A program made the position numbers and the translations under genes. Positions 46,701-56,104 of a stretch of 62,634 bases of DNA are shown in pieces. Below the pieces are notes generated by a model. It was given only the letters and a program-made list of their open reading frames with translations. It ran no database searches and was not told the origin of the DNA. Each line of letters opens with the position of its first letter. Position 1 is the first letter of the stretch. Origin of the DNA: Candidatus Nanopelagicales bacterium (GTDB lineage: Bacteria; Actinomycetota; Actinomycetes; S36-B12; UBA5976); assembly GCA_030834185.1 (NCBI GenBank), contig JAURFT010000004.1, positions 1 to 62,634 of the forward strand, given 5' to 3'.

Positions 46701-47384
46701 GTGAAAACTAGCCCAAAGCAGCTCAAATTTATATTTGGCCTAAATGCCTTATTCGCTATCACTGGCTTTGCTATTCAGTTTGTAATTAATTTATTTGATC
46801 TGGTGCAATATGTTGATGTTGGCGATTACCCAACCCTGCTTGGCGGTCACCCCGCAGGAGCTGCTGGTGCCGTAGGGAGATTAACTGATTCATTTAGCTA
46901 CTTCACTATCTGGAGTAACTTAATTGTCTTTGGCGTTATGTTTGCGCTTTATCGCAATCCGAATCGGGATAGTTTTGTTTTTAGAGTGCTAAGGCTTGAT
47001 AGTTTATTGATGATCACAGTCACTGGGGTTATCTATCACATATTAATTAGACCTTATTTCCCACCAATCAGTTGGAATGTGTATTCAGATATCTTTTTAC
47101 ATACCATAACTCCGCTGTTCACAGTTTTAGTTTGGTTATTGATTGGGCCAAGAGGTTGGCTTAATCTACAAATTGTGTTTTATTCGCTAATAATTCCAAT
47201 TATTTGGTTGATTTATTCCATGCTTAGAGGTGTGGTTATTAGTAAATATCCTTATGACTTCTTAGATGTAATTACGCATGGTTATTTAACGGTTTTAATA
47301 ACAATTCTGGTCTTGCTAGTAATTGGCTTACTTGTGGCGATGTTTTATTTATTGCTTGATAAATTGCTCTCTACCAAAAAATAA
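46701..47384 (+). CDS. Pr6Pr-like integral membrane protein
   Basis: FSYFTIWSN, TGVIYH, LHTITP, YPYDFLD. Confidence 0.8.
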   Translation: MKTSPKQLKFIFGLNALFAITGFAIQFVINLFDLVQYVDVGDYPTLLGGHPAGAAGAVGRLTDSFSYFTIWSNLIVFGVMFALYRNPNRDSFVFRVLRLDSLLMITVTGVIYHILIRPYFPPISWNVYSDIFLHTITPLFTVLVWLLIGPRGWLNLQIVFYSLIIPIIWLIYSMLRGVVISKYPYDFLDVITHGYLTVLITILVLLVIGLLVAMFYLLLDKLLSTKK

Positions 47385-47389
47385 ACTAG

Positions 47390-48736
47390 CTACGCCCCAA
47401 CATAGTAATGTGATATTTCAGTTAAACCTTCATCAATAATTGCTATTCCTTCGGCTATTTCAGCTGCCGAAACATTGCATGGCGGCACAATATGCATACG
47501 GTTAAAATGCACAAACGGCAATAAGCCACGCTTTTTACAAGCTGCAACTAGCTCAGACATTGCAGTGCTGGTGCCACCATAGGGAGCTAGTGGAGATTTA
47601 GTTGCTCGGTCAGTTACTAAATCCATACCCCAGAACACGCCTAGACCTCTGATATCTCCTATCAATTTATGCTTTTGAGCAAGTTCGTTCAAAGCTGGGC
47701 CAATTACGCTTTTGCCAATTTCTTTAGCATGCTCAATAATTTTTTCATCTTCCATAACTTCAATTGCAGCAACAGCTGATGCGCACGCTAATGGATGGCC
47801 TGAATAGGTAAGCCCACCAGGAAAAACTCGCTGATCAAATGTTGCAGCAATCGCATCTGAGATCACAACTCCACCTAGTGGCACATATCCAGAATTGACG
47901 CCTTTAGCAAACACAATTAAATCTGGCGTTTGATTCCAATGCTGATAGGCAAACCATGCTCCAGTCCTACCAAAGCCAGCCATAACTTCATCAGCGATCC
48001 AGACAATTCCATATTTGTCACATAGCGCCCTCACTCCTGCTAAATATTCAGCAGGTGGCACCAAAATGCCATTAGTGCCAACTACTGATTCAATCAATAT
48101 GGCAGCAATGGTGTTTGGTCCCTCAAAAATTATTACCTGTTCAAGATGCTCCAGTGCCCGCTGCGCTTCTTCAGCTTCAGTTTTTGCCCAAAATGGTGAG
48201 CGGTACAAATAAGGGCCAAAGAAGTGCACATGTCCGTAAGCAAATTCATTAGGCCAACGGCGTGGATCTCCCGTTGCACTTATGGCAGCACCCGTATTGC
48301 CGTGATACGAACGATACATGGATAAAACTTTGTGCCTTGAAGTGTGGATGCGAGCCATACGAATTGCATTTTCAACAGCATCAGCTCCACCATTTGTGAA
48401 AAATACTTTGTTTAAACTCGATTCAGCATGATCAGTTATCTTCTTTGCTGCCAGCGAACGAGCTTCATTTGCTTGCTGTGGTGCGATTGTGGCAAGGGTT
48501 GCCGCTTGATCAGCAATTGCTTTAACTACTTTTGGATGCTGAAAGCCGATATTAGTAAAAACTAATTGACTCGAGAAATCCAGATATTTTTTACCATCAA
48601 AATCCCAGCAGTAGGATCCAGCGCCACCAGCTATTGGCATTGGGCTGATCTGACCTTGCGCTGACCAAGAGTGAAATACATGGGCACGATCTAGCTCATA
48701 TACAGCTTTACCCCGGGCTGGATCTGGACTAAACAT
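47390..48736 (-). CDS. Class III PLP aminotransferase (omega-amino acid type)
   Basis: SYHGNT, ADEVMAGFGRTG, FAKGVNSGYVPLG, GLTYSGHP. Confidence 0.92.
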   Translation of the reverse strand: MFSPDPARGKAVYELDRAHVFHSWSAQGQISPMPIAGGAGSYCWDFDGKKYLDFSSQLVFTNIGFQHPKVVKAIADQAATLATIAPQQANEARSLAAKKITDHAESSLNKVFFTNGGADAVENAIRMARIHTSRHKVLSMYRSYHGNTGAAISATGDPRRWPNEFAYGHVHFFGPYLYRSPFWAKTEAEEAQRALEHLEQVIIFEGPNTIAAILIESVVGTNGILVPPAEYLAGVRALCDKYGIVWIADEVMAGFGRTGAWFAYQHWNQTPDLIVFAKGVNSGYVPLGGVVISDAIAATFDQRVFPGGLTYSGHPLACASAVAAIEVMEDEKIIEHAKEIGKSVIGPALNELAQKHKLIGDIRGLGVFWGMDLVTDRATKSPLAPYGGTSTAMSELVAACKKRGLLPFVHFNRMHIVPPCNVSAAEIAEGIAIIDEGLTEISHYYVGA

Positions 48737-48775
48737 ATCTGGGCCTTTCGCTCTGCCGCAATGTTATTACCGCTG

Positions 48776-50041
48776 TCAACTAATAATTGGAGGCTCTTCA
48801 ACGGAGAACTGCTTGATTACTAAATTATTCTGCCGCCTAAACCATATCCAGATGACAAAAGCTGCTAACGCGCTAATAATTCCCCCGATTGCAAGGCCGA
48901 ACCTAGCGCCAAAATCTTGGGAAATTTTGCCAATAATTGGTGACCCCACCGGCGAGCCCCCCATAAATACCATTAAATATAAACCTGTCACCCGGCCACG
49001 TAATTTATCTGGAACGGTTGATTGGATGTAGGAATTTGCACTTGCCATTACCATCATTGCTGCATAACCAGCAAGCGGTAAGACTGCTGCAAACATCCAA
49101 TAAGTTGGCATCTGCGATGCAACAATTTCAATTACTCCAAAGGCTATAGCTGCTTTTAAAATAAAATCTAACTTTGGCGCTTCTAGAAACCTCGCCACAA
49201 CTACAGCTCCAGTTACAGTTCCCAGCGCAATCATGGTGCCAAAAAGTCCAAATGATGTTGCACCTAGCCCAAATTCAACTCGTGCCATTAGCGCGGTCAC
49301 AACTTGAAAATTAAATCCAAAAGCTCCAACGATTAAAACTAAAATCATTGTTGCAACCAGATCTGGTCTAGCTTTAACATAGCGCAGCGCAGATCGAACT
49401 CCATCTGATTTACTGGCTCTTCCAAAATTGTGCAATGTGGTTGTGTTCATCATCATTAGTGCTGTAATCACAATGGGATAAGTTAGTGCGTTAATTATGA
49501 ATGCCGGGCCAGTGCCAAATGCCGCAATTAATAATCCTGCAGCAGCTGGTCCAACTAACCTGCCAGCATTGAAGTTAGCTGCATTAAGGCCAATTGCATT
49601 TGGTAGATCTTCTTTACCCACTAATTCAGGAACAAAAGATTGCCTAATTGGTGCATCAACTGCGCTTGCAATTCCAAGCATCACTGCTAGAACCATCACA
49701 TGCCAGACCTGAACTAGATCTGTAATTACCAATATTCCTAAAGTTAATGCTGCAGAACCTGCCAAAGTGTTGGTTAATATTAGAAGTTTGCGTTTATTTC
49801 GACGATCTGCCAGTTTGCCGCTAGGCAAACTTAGAAACAGCGCTGGCAGAAACTGCAATCCGGTAACAATTCCTAAAATTGTGCCAGAGCCAGTAAGTTC
49901 AAGCACGAGCCAATCTTGCGCAATGCGCTGCATCCAAGTTCCAAGATTCGCCATCAGGTTTGCACTAAAAAACAACTTATAGTTGCGGTGCCTTAAGGAG
50001 CGAAAAGTTCGAGTATCAGCGACGGATTTTGGTTGAAACAC
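48776..50041 (-). CDS. MFS transporter (MFS_3/DHA3-like)
   Basis: GTWMQRIAQDWLVLELTGS, GKLADRRNKRK, about 12 TM. Confidence 0.9.
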   Translation of the reverse strand: MFQPKSVADTRTFRSLRHRNYKLFFSANLMANLGTWMQRIAQDWLVLELTGSGTILGIVTGLQFLPALFLSLPSGKLADRRNKRKLLILTNTLAGSAALTLGILVITDLVQVWHVMVLAVMLGIASAVDAPIRQSFVPELVGKEDLPNAIGLNAANFNAGRLVGPAAAGLLIAAFGTGPAFIINALTYPIVITALMMMNTTTLHNFGRASKSDGVRSALRYVKARPDLVATMILVLIVGAFGFNFQVVTALMARVEFGLGATSFGLFGTMIALGTVTGAVVVARFLEAPKLDFILKAAIAFGVIEIVASQMPTYWMFAAVLPLAGYAAMMVMASANSYIQSTVPDKLRGRVTGLYLMVFMGGSPVGSPIIGKISQDFGARFGLAIGGIISALAAFVIWIWFRRQNNLVIKQFSVEEPPIIS

Positions 50042-50060
50042 TTGCTTATTCTAGTGGCAG

Positions 50061-50098
50061 CCTATTGCCCCGCTGTATTTAAGCAGCGGGGCAATAGG
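50061..50098. repeat. Perfect 15-bp inverted repeat between divergent genes
   Basis: CCTATTGCCCCGCTG-tatttaag-CAGCGGGGCAATAGG. Confidence 0.85.
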
Positions 50099-50250
50099 TC
50101 TTAACTTGGCTCAAACCAAGAAATTAGCGAATTGCCAAGGATCAGGGTCTTTTGCTGAGCCATCAATGCTGCTACCTAATTGCTGTTTCTAACCTGCGAA
50201 ACCAATGGTTTATGTGGAATGGATTTCTTGAAATAGCATATCGTTGCCGT

Positions 50251-50721
50251 ATGAGCACAGTTCGAATAGGCATAGCAACTGCAGCGATCCTGATCACTGT
50301 TGGCTACGCCCTTGGATCAAGTGTCTGGGTCAGCAGTGATGCTGGTTGGTATAGATCGCTAGTGCAGCCCGCTTGGCAGCCGCCTGACTGGATATTTGGA
50401 GTGATCTGGCCCTATAACTTTATCGTTCTTGGAATTGTTGGATTTATGATTGCAAAACAAGCAACAATTTTGCAGGCATGGCTTTGGCTAGGTTTTTATT
50501 TTTTTAGCGTGATATTTGCTCTAGTTTGGTCTTACTTGTTTTATGTGCCGCACAATATTGGTGCATCAGCAATTGCGCTTGCCCTAGCTTCTTTACTAAC
50601 TCTACCAGTACTAATAATTACATTTCAAACAGATCTTAAATACGCTGTGTTTTTGCTGCCTTATCAAATTTGGGTAATTGTGGCTACATTTTTAGCATTC
50701 AGTTACGCTGCTAAAAATTAA
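50251..50721 (+). CDS. tspO: TspO/MBR tryptophan-rich sensory protein
   Basis: WYRSLVQPAWQPPDWIFGVIW, LLPYQIW; start at ATG 50251, 6 nt after TATCGT. Confidence 0.88.
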   Translation: MSTVRIGIATAAILITVGYALGSSVWVSSDAGWYRSLVQPAWQPPDWIFGVIWPYNFIVLGIVGFMIAKQATILQAWLWLGFYFFSVIFALVWSYLFYVPHNIGASAIALALASLLTLPVLIITFQTDLKYAVFLLPYQIWVIVATFLAFSYAAKN

Positions 50722-51605
50722 AGTTTAGGGCGAGCTCCAATATGCTGAACACACTCACTACCAGCAGCAACGCCTGCAGTAAGCGCTGTTAAAGCATCTT
50801 TAGTTTTTAACCAAGCAGCTAGATAGCCACCAGCAAATGCATCACCTGCACCAGTAGCATCAACTGCTTTCACTTTTGGTGCTGAAACTTTTAGCTCTGG
50901 TAAATCTCTAGAAACCTGCATAGCCCCAGCTGCTCCAAGTGTGATTACTACATTTTCGGCCAAATCTAATAATGCGTTAGCAGCTTTGGTCATATCTGTT
51001 TGTCCAGTTAAAACTCGTGCTTCATCTGTATTAGGGAAAATAATCTGCGTGCCGCTAATCCAATCTCGTACATGTTGAATTCCAGCTAACTCAATCATTG
51101 ATTCCGAAGATGGATCTACGCTTGTGCTCAGCCCAGCTGATTTTGCTTTAGCTAGTATCTCAATTGCTGCGGTGCGAGATGTTGGTTGCAAATAGGTATA
51201 GCCAGAAATATGTAAATGATTTCCCGCTTGTAATAGGTCATCTGTCAGGTGCGCAACGCAGAGCAAACTGTTTGCGCCTTGATCGGGAATCATGGTGCGC
51301 TCTCCACTTGGGTCAACTATGCAGATGCATGAGCCAGTGCTAACTTCATTACTTACGATCAATCGGGTATCAACCCCAAGATTTGTAAGCGCAGCCTGCG
51401 AGCTGCGCCCAGCTTCATCATCGCCAATTCCGCCAATGAAAATCGTTGGTGCGCCAGTATGCGCTGCCCATGCTGCTGAATTAGCCGCTGCTCCACCTGG
51501 CTGTTGAGAGATTTTTCCAGGCGCATCAGAGGCGTAATTGAGCTCAACTGAGATAACTGCCGTGATATCTACCATCACATCACCAACAATTATTAATTTG
51601 CTCAT
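50718..51605 (-). CDS. psuK: PfkB-family kinase, probable pseudouridine kinase
   Basis: GGAAANSA, PNTDEA, VDATGAGDAF; translationally coupled to psuG. Confidence 0.75.
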   Translation of the reverse strand: MSKLIIVGDVMVDITAVISVELNYASDAPGKISQQPGGAAANSAAWAAHTGAPTIFIGGIGDDEAGRSSQAALTNLGVDTRLIVSNEVSTGSCICIVDPSGERTMIPDQGANSLLCVAHLTDDLLQAGNHLHISGYTYLQPTSRTAAIEILAKAKSAGLSTSVDPSSESMIELAGIQHVRDWISGTQIIFPNTDEARVLTGQTDMTKAANALLDLAENVVITLGAAGAMQVSRDLPELKVSAPKVKAVDATGAGDAFAGGYLAAWLKTKDALTALTAGVAAGSECVQHIGARPKL

Positions 51606-52513
51606 CGGAGTTGACTCAATTCCAGCGCAATTTCAGCTGCTAGCTTGGCATTACTGCGAACCACATCGATGTTTACCCGCAGGCTCTCGCCTTTTGTTTC
51701 ACGATGGAAGAACTCCAATAAGAAAGGTGTTGCCTGCTTGCCTGATATTCCAGCCTTTTTAGCAGCAGCCATTCCTGCAAGCAACACGTCATCATGAAGT
51801 TGCTTTGGCAGCTCTAGCTCTTTTTTAACCGGATTTGCAACCACAATTGCACCGGTGCTCTGCAGGTTTGCATGCGTTTTTATCAAATCGGCAATTTCAG
51901 CGGCTGAATCAAAACACCATTCCAGGTCATAACCAGATTCGGTTTGATAAAAACCTGGAAATGCCAAAGTTTGATACCCAACCACTAACACGCCCAGAGT
52001 TTCTAGGCGCTCTAAAGTTGCCGGTACATCCAAAATTGATTTCACTCCTGCTGCAACTACAGCAATTGGAGTATTACTCAGCGTCGTTAGGTCTGCAGAT
52101 TCATCAAAGGTGTAATTAGCTTCACGATGCACCCCGCCCAATCCGCCAGTAGCAAATAATTTAATCCCAACACTTGCTGCAATATCTGAGGTAGATGCAA
52201 CAGTTGTTGCAGCACTTTCTTTTCTGGTAATCACAGCGGCTAGATCTCTTGGGCCAATTTTTCGGATATTGCTGCCGTGCGCGATGATTTCTAGATCAGA
52301 TTCATTAAGCCCAACTTTGATCTCACCATTAATCACCGCAATAGTTGCAGGCACTGCACCTATTGCCAATACATCTGCTTCGAGCTGTTTAGCAACAGCT
52401 AAATTATCTGGATAAGGCAAGCCATGAGCGATCAAGGTTGATTCCAAAGCCACAACTGCCCCGCCGGTAGCTAGAGCATCTGCAACCTGTGAACTTAACT
52501 TAGCCTCGATCAT
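51602..52513 (-). CDS. psuG: Pseudouridine-5'-phosphate glycosidase
   Basis: VALESTLIAHGLP, FATGGLGGVHR, DESADL, GVKSILD, GKQATPFLL. Confidence 0.95.
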   Translation of the reverse strand: MIEAKLSSQVADALATGGAVVALESTLIAHGLPYPDNLAVAKQLEADVLAIGAVPATIAVINGEIKVGLNESDLEIIAHGSNIRKIGPRDLAAVITRKESAATTVASTSDIAASVGIKLFATGGLGGVHREANYTFDESADLTTLSNTPIAVVAAGVKSILDVPATLERLETLGVLVVGYQTLAFPGFYQTESGYDLEWCFDSAAEIADLIKTHANLQSTGAIVVANPVKKELELPKQLHDDVLLAGMAAAKKAGISGKQATPFLLEFFHRETKGESLRVNIDVVRSNAKLAAEIALELSQLR

Positions 52514-52521
52514 GTTTCACC

Positions 52522-53076
52522 TTACCTAATTCGGTTATTACGAAACTGAAAAATTAAAACACCAAAACTAATAATTGAAACTAAAACGATAACTGCAGAC
52601 CATGGGGAGCTCGTTGATTCAATTTCAGCTGAAATTGGAACAATCTCTATGGAATCTTCTGATTCAGCAGTGCCAGTAGCTGGCAAATCGGATTCGCCGC
52701 TATCGAAGATAATTTCATAACTATCTTCGATTACATGTCCATCAGCTGAAACTACTCGGTAATTTACAAAATAAGATCCCAACGGCATCTGGGTTGGTAA
52801 TGAAACTGTCACTACATTGCCGCTCAGTGTTGAGTCTTGATTATCGATTTGCTTACCAGCAGCGTTGGTGACAGTTAAGAAGTTAACTTGTTGACCTGTT
52901 GCTTCAAGTAGATTTTCATTAAATGTCAAGGTCACAATTTCTGGCCAAGTTGTAACAATTTCATTTTGAGCAGGCGATGCGCTTACCAGATCTGAATGAG
53001 CGGAAACTGCTGGAGCGATTAAAAAACTAAAAAGCGTAGTTATGAAGAAGGCCGCACTAAACCTTAAGGCGCTCAA
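52522..53076 (-). CDS. copC: CopC copper-binding protein with C-terminal membrane anchor
   Basis: Signal ending AVSA then N-terminal His (HSDL..ASP), YRVVSADGH. Confidence 0.88.
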   Translation of the reverse strand: MSALRFSAAFFITTLFSFLIAPAVSAHSDLVSASPAQNEIVTTWPEIVTLTFNENLLEATGQQVNFLTVTNAAGKQIDNQDSTLSGNVVTVSLPTQMPLGSYFVNYRVVSADGHVIEDSYEIIFDSGESDLPATGTAESEDSIEIVPISAEIESTSSPWSAVIVLVSIISFGVLIFQFRNNRIR

Positions 53077-53313
53077 TTATTTGCCTTTACCTCGACCAAA
53101 CAATAAGAATATAGAAAATACTATCGATGCACCGGTAGCAATTACTCGCTGAATGCGTAAATTTCCAGCTTGGTCAAAGAAGAAATCTCGAATGCTGCTA
53201 GTAGCCTGTTGCTTGATACCCTCTTTAGAAAGTGCATCACTTACTTCATCTAAGCTTTCAGCTAATTTTTTCAAAGCCGCTTCGGCTTGATTTTCTAGAT
53301 CGTCGAGTGCCAT
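53077..53313 (-). CDS. Small coiled-coil protein with C-terminal TM (DUF3618-like)
   Basis: GGAGG SD; helical N-terminus and one TM; family guess only. Confidence 0.6.
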   Translation of the reverse strand: MALDDLENQAEAALKKLAESLDEVSDALSKEGIKQQATSSIRDFFFDQAGNLRIQRVIATGASIVFSIFLLFGRGKGK

Positions 53314-53342
53314 ATTTCCTCCGACTTCAATTCTACGCGTAG

Positions 53343-54095
53343 TTACTTTTTCGCTAACGATGGATCTAACCTAAAGCCAAAAGGTAGTTCCAAGCGGTGC
53401 TGTTTGATCAACGCATCATCGGTTAGAAGGTCATAGGTAGCACGGTCAGCCACAATGGCCCCCGCGCTTAAAATCACAGATCTATCACATAACTCAAGTG
53501 CATAAGGTAAATCATGAGTGACCATTAGCATGGTGATATCCAGTGATTCCAAAATTTCAGCGATTTCGCGTCTGGCTGCTGGATCCAAATTTGAGCTAGG
53601 TTCATCCAGAACCAATATTTCTGGTTTCATCGCAAGCACGGTTGCAATCGCAACTCGGCGGCGCTGGCCAAAAGACAAATGCTGCGGAGACCGATCAGCA
53701 AATTCGCTCATCCCCACAGCAGCAAGTGCCTCAGCTACAGTTTTTGCTAACTCATCTCCCACAATTCCCATATTGGATGGCCCAAAAGCCACATCATCTC
53801 TAACGGTTGGCATGAAAAGTTGATCATCAGGATCTTGGAAAACTACACCAACCTTTGCGCGAATTGCTTTTAAGTTTTCTTTGTTGACATCCATCCCTGC
53901 AATTCGAACGCTACCTGCACCTGGAAATAAAATTCCATTGACATGCAAAACTAAGGTTGTTTTTCCAGCACCGTTTGGACCAAGCAGCGCAATTTTCTCC
54001 CCGCGATGCACGTGCAGGTCAACGCCAAATAGTGCCTGATGGCCATCTGGATAGGCGTAGGCAACTTTGTGCATCTCTAAAACAGCATCGCTCAC
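53343..54095 (-). CDS. cbiO: ECF Ni/Co transporter ATPase (NikO/CbiO)
   Basis: GPNGAGKT, FQDPDDQLF, LSFGQRRR, LDEP; GTG start overlapping the cbiQ stop (GTGA). Confidence 0.92.
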   Translation of the reverse strand: MSDAVLEMHKVAYAYPDGHQALFGVDLHVHRGEKIALLGPNGAGKTTLVLHVNGILFPGAGSVRIAGMDVNKENLKAIRAKVGVVFQDPDDQLFMPTVRDDVAFGPSNMGIVGDELAKTVAEALAAVGMSEFADRSPQHLSFGQRRRVAIATVLAMKPEILVLDEPSSNLDPAARREIAEILESLDITMLMVTHDLPYALELCDRSVILSAGAIVADRATYDLLTDDALIKQHRLELPFGFRLDPSLAKK

Positions 54096-54868
54096 GCCAT
54101 CCTCCATGCTAGAACCAGAATTATTGCTGCTCCCATTGGCAGCAGCATGCCTGTTGCCCACTGTGCTTTTGTTGCAATCGCAAGTGAATAGCTTGGTAGT
54201 TTACCGTTGTATCCACGAGACAGCATCGCCAAATGAACTCTTTCACCGCGTTCATAGGCTCTAATAAATAATGCACCAGCGCTTCGCGCAATTACAGGCC
54301 AAGATCTAATTCCGCGCTCAAAATAGCCGCGGCTTTGACGAGCGATTTTCATTCGGCGCATTTCATCAACAATAACATCAACATATCGCACCATAAATCC
54401 AGCAATTTCCACCAACAGCGTGGGCACTTTCAACCTGGTTAAGCCAGAGAGTAAATCTCGCATTGGAGTTGTGGCTGCCAATGTGACAGAACTAAGCACT
54501 CCAATTGTCCCTTTACAAAGTAATCCAAAGCCCGCTATTAGTCCTGCTTCTGATAACTGCAATCCAAAATATTCTACATATGGGCCGGCGGAGAAAAATG
54601 GCATCAAAATCGCAAATATCACAAACGGAACTTCAATCACCATGCGTTTAACCACGCGAACTGGAGGAAGTTTTGCAGCAGCGATAACTGCAATAATTAA
54701 AAGCCCATAGACACCAAATGCCCACCACTGACCCAGCGGAGTGAGCACGACTAAGAAAACAAATGAAAGCATCGCAACTAGCTTTACTTCAGCTGGTAGG
54801 TGATGCACAACAGAATGACGTGCAATTAATAATTTGCCCGCGATATCGTGTTGTTGTGTTGTTCCCAA
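54092..54868 (-). CDS. cbiQ: ECF Ni/Co transporter T component (NikQ/CbiQ)
   Basis: HHLPAEVKL, ARQSRG, RAYERGERVHLAMLSRG. Confidence 0.92.
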   Translation of the reverse strand: MGTTQQHDIAGKLLIARHSVVHHLPAEVKLVAMLSFVFLVVLTPLGQWWAFGVYGLLIIAVIAAAKLPPVRVVKRMVIEVPFVIFAILMPFFSAGPYVEYFGLQLSEAGLIAGFGLLCKGTIGVLSSVTLAATTPMRDLLSGLTRLKVPTLLVEIAGFMVRYVDVIVDEMRRMKIARQSRGYFERGIRSWPVIARSAGALFIRAYERGERVHLAMLSRGYNGKLPSYSLAIATKAQWATGMLLPMGAAIILVLAWRMA

Positions 54869-54877
54869 GTTATTTTG

Positions 54878-55171
54878 CTATTTTCGCTTTGCTAAGAATT
54901 TGAATAGTAAGGTTGATCCTACCAGCATCAAAAGAACACCAAATGACCCTGCTAGGGCAACCGAAAGCCGATCATCTGCAACTCCACTAACGCCGTAATC
55001 TGCTAGCGGTGAATCGCCTAGCGAATGATCAACCGCATCATCAAGAAATCCTTTTTCTTCAGCGACTTTTTCCAAGCCATCTGGGTCGCCACTTGCATAA
55101 TATGAAACGACACTCGCCAAAATTAAGGTCACAAAAATACCAAGTGCTAAAAATTTATTTGATAATTTCAT
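54878..55171 (-). CDS. PDGLE-domain protein (NikN-type)
   Basis: YASGDPDGLEKVA, two TM. Confidence 0.9.
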   Translation of the reverse strand: MKLSNKFLALGIFVTLILASVVSYYASGDPDGLEKVAEEKGFLDDAVDHSLGDSPLADYGVSGVADDRLSVALAGSFGVLLMLVGSTLLFKFLAKRK

Positions 55172-55854
55172 TAGCTTACTTTGCTTTCTTTGATCTGAAG
55201 TTCAGTTTTTATTTTACCTCGTGCTCCAAAGACTAAATCTGGTCGCAGTACTAAAACTGCAGAAATAGTTAGTGCCGTTATTAAACCTTCACCAATTCCA
55301 ATTAAAACGTGCACCGAAAACATCGCCACTAAAACATCTAGGACATCCAAGGTGCCAGTGCCACCAATTGCATACTGGGAAACAAATGAAACTGCTGATA
55401 CTGGAACCGAGATTAGGGCAGCAATAAAAGCCGCAATCACTATTCCAGATCTGCCTTTGAGGAACTTGGTTAGTAAAATAAACACAAACCAACCAGAAAA
55501 TACGGTGATGATTCCCATATTAAATACATTGAAGCCCAGCGCAGTTAGCCCGCCGTCCGCAAATAACAGTGCCTGCAAAATTACAACCACACTAACTGCG
55601 ATCATCCCAGTCCATGGGCCAATCAAAATGGCAGCAAGTGCACCACCAAGTAAATGACCACTGGTGCCTAACGCAACGGGGAAATTCAACATCTGCGCTG
55701 CAAACACGTATGCCGCAACTAAGCCTGCCATTGGGGCGGCTTTCTCATCTAGCTCGTTTTTCGCCTTATTGAGCGCGATAGCCAAAATTGAGGCAGAAAC
55801 TGCACCGGTGCCTAGCGAAACTGGGGCATTAATAAAACCATCTGGGGCATGCAT
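55171..55854 (-). CDS. cbiM: ECF Ni/Co transporter S component (NikM-type)
   Basis: N-terminal MHAPDG metal site (NikM-like MHxPDG), GTSGH, DGGLTALG. Confidence 0.92.
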   Translation of the reverse strand: MHAPDGFINAPVSLGTGAVSASILAIALNKAKNELDEKAAPMAGLVAAYVFAAQMLNFPVALGTSGHLLGGALAAILIGPWTGMIAVSVVVILQALLFADGGLTALGFNVFNMGIITVFSGWFVFILLTKFLKGRSGIVIAAFIAALISVPVSAVSFVSQYAIGGTGTLDVLDVLVAMFSVHVLIGIGEGLITALTISAVLVLRPDLVFGARGKIKTELQIKESKVS

Positions 55855-55891
55855 AGAAATCTCCTTCTAGGAGAATCTTAGATGAGTATTT

Positions 55892-55918
55892 CCTTTTTGC
55901 AAATCATTTGCAAAAAGG
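55892..55918. promoter_or_regulatory. Nur-box-type operator upstream of the nikMNQO-type operon
   Basis: Perfect 13-1-13 palindrome CCTTTTTGCAAAT-C-ATTTGCAAAAAGG containing TTGCAA-N5-TTGCAA. Confidence 0.75.
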
Positions 55919-55963
55919 CCGCTGCACGGGTAAGCAGACCCTCCATTACCCTTAAGCCCCTGG

Positions 55964-56048
55964 GCGGAAGTGGCGAAATTGGCAGACGCACTGGATTTAG
56001 GTTCCAGCGCTTTCGGGCGTAGGGGTTCAAGTCCCCTCTTCCGCACCA
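55964..56048 (+). tRNA. tRNA-Leu(TAG)
   Basis: Acceptor GCGGAAG/CTTCCGC-A-CCA, anticodon arm CTGGA-TTTAGGT-TCCAG, long variable arm, GGTTCAAGTCC T-arm. Confidence 0.97.
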
Positions 56049-56049
56049 A

Positions 56050-56088
56050 AAAATAACTGGGTCAGAAATACTCTGGCCCAGTTATTTT
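56050..56088. terminator. Bidirectional intrinsic terminator between tRNA-Leu and hpf
   Basis: AAAATAACTGGGTCAGA-aatac-TCTGGCCCAGTTATTTT between convergent genes. Confidence 0.8.
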
Positions 56089-56104
56089 ATGTTAACCTCC
56101 AAAA

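Noticed and set aside
55855-55963. Cobalamin or NiCo riboswitch upstream of cbiM
   Set aside because: The gap is about 110 nt and shared with the tRNA promoter; no conserved riboswitch elements seen; the palindrome has a 1-nt centre, which fits a DNA operator rather than an RNA hairpin.
55867-56049. 60-aa ORF MVRKRGLEPLRP...
   Set aside because: Antisense shadow of tRNA-Leu.
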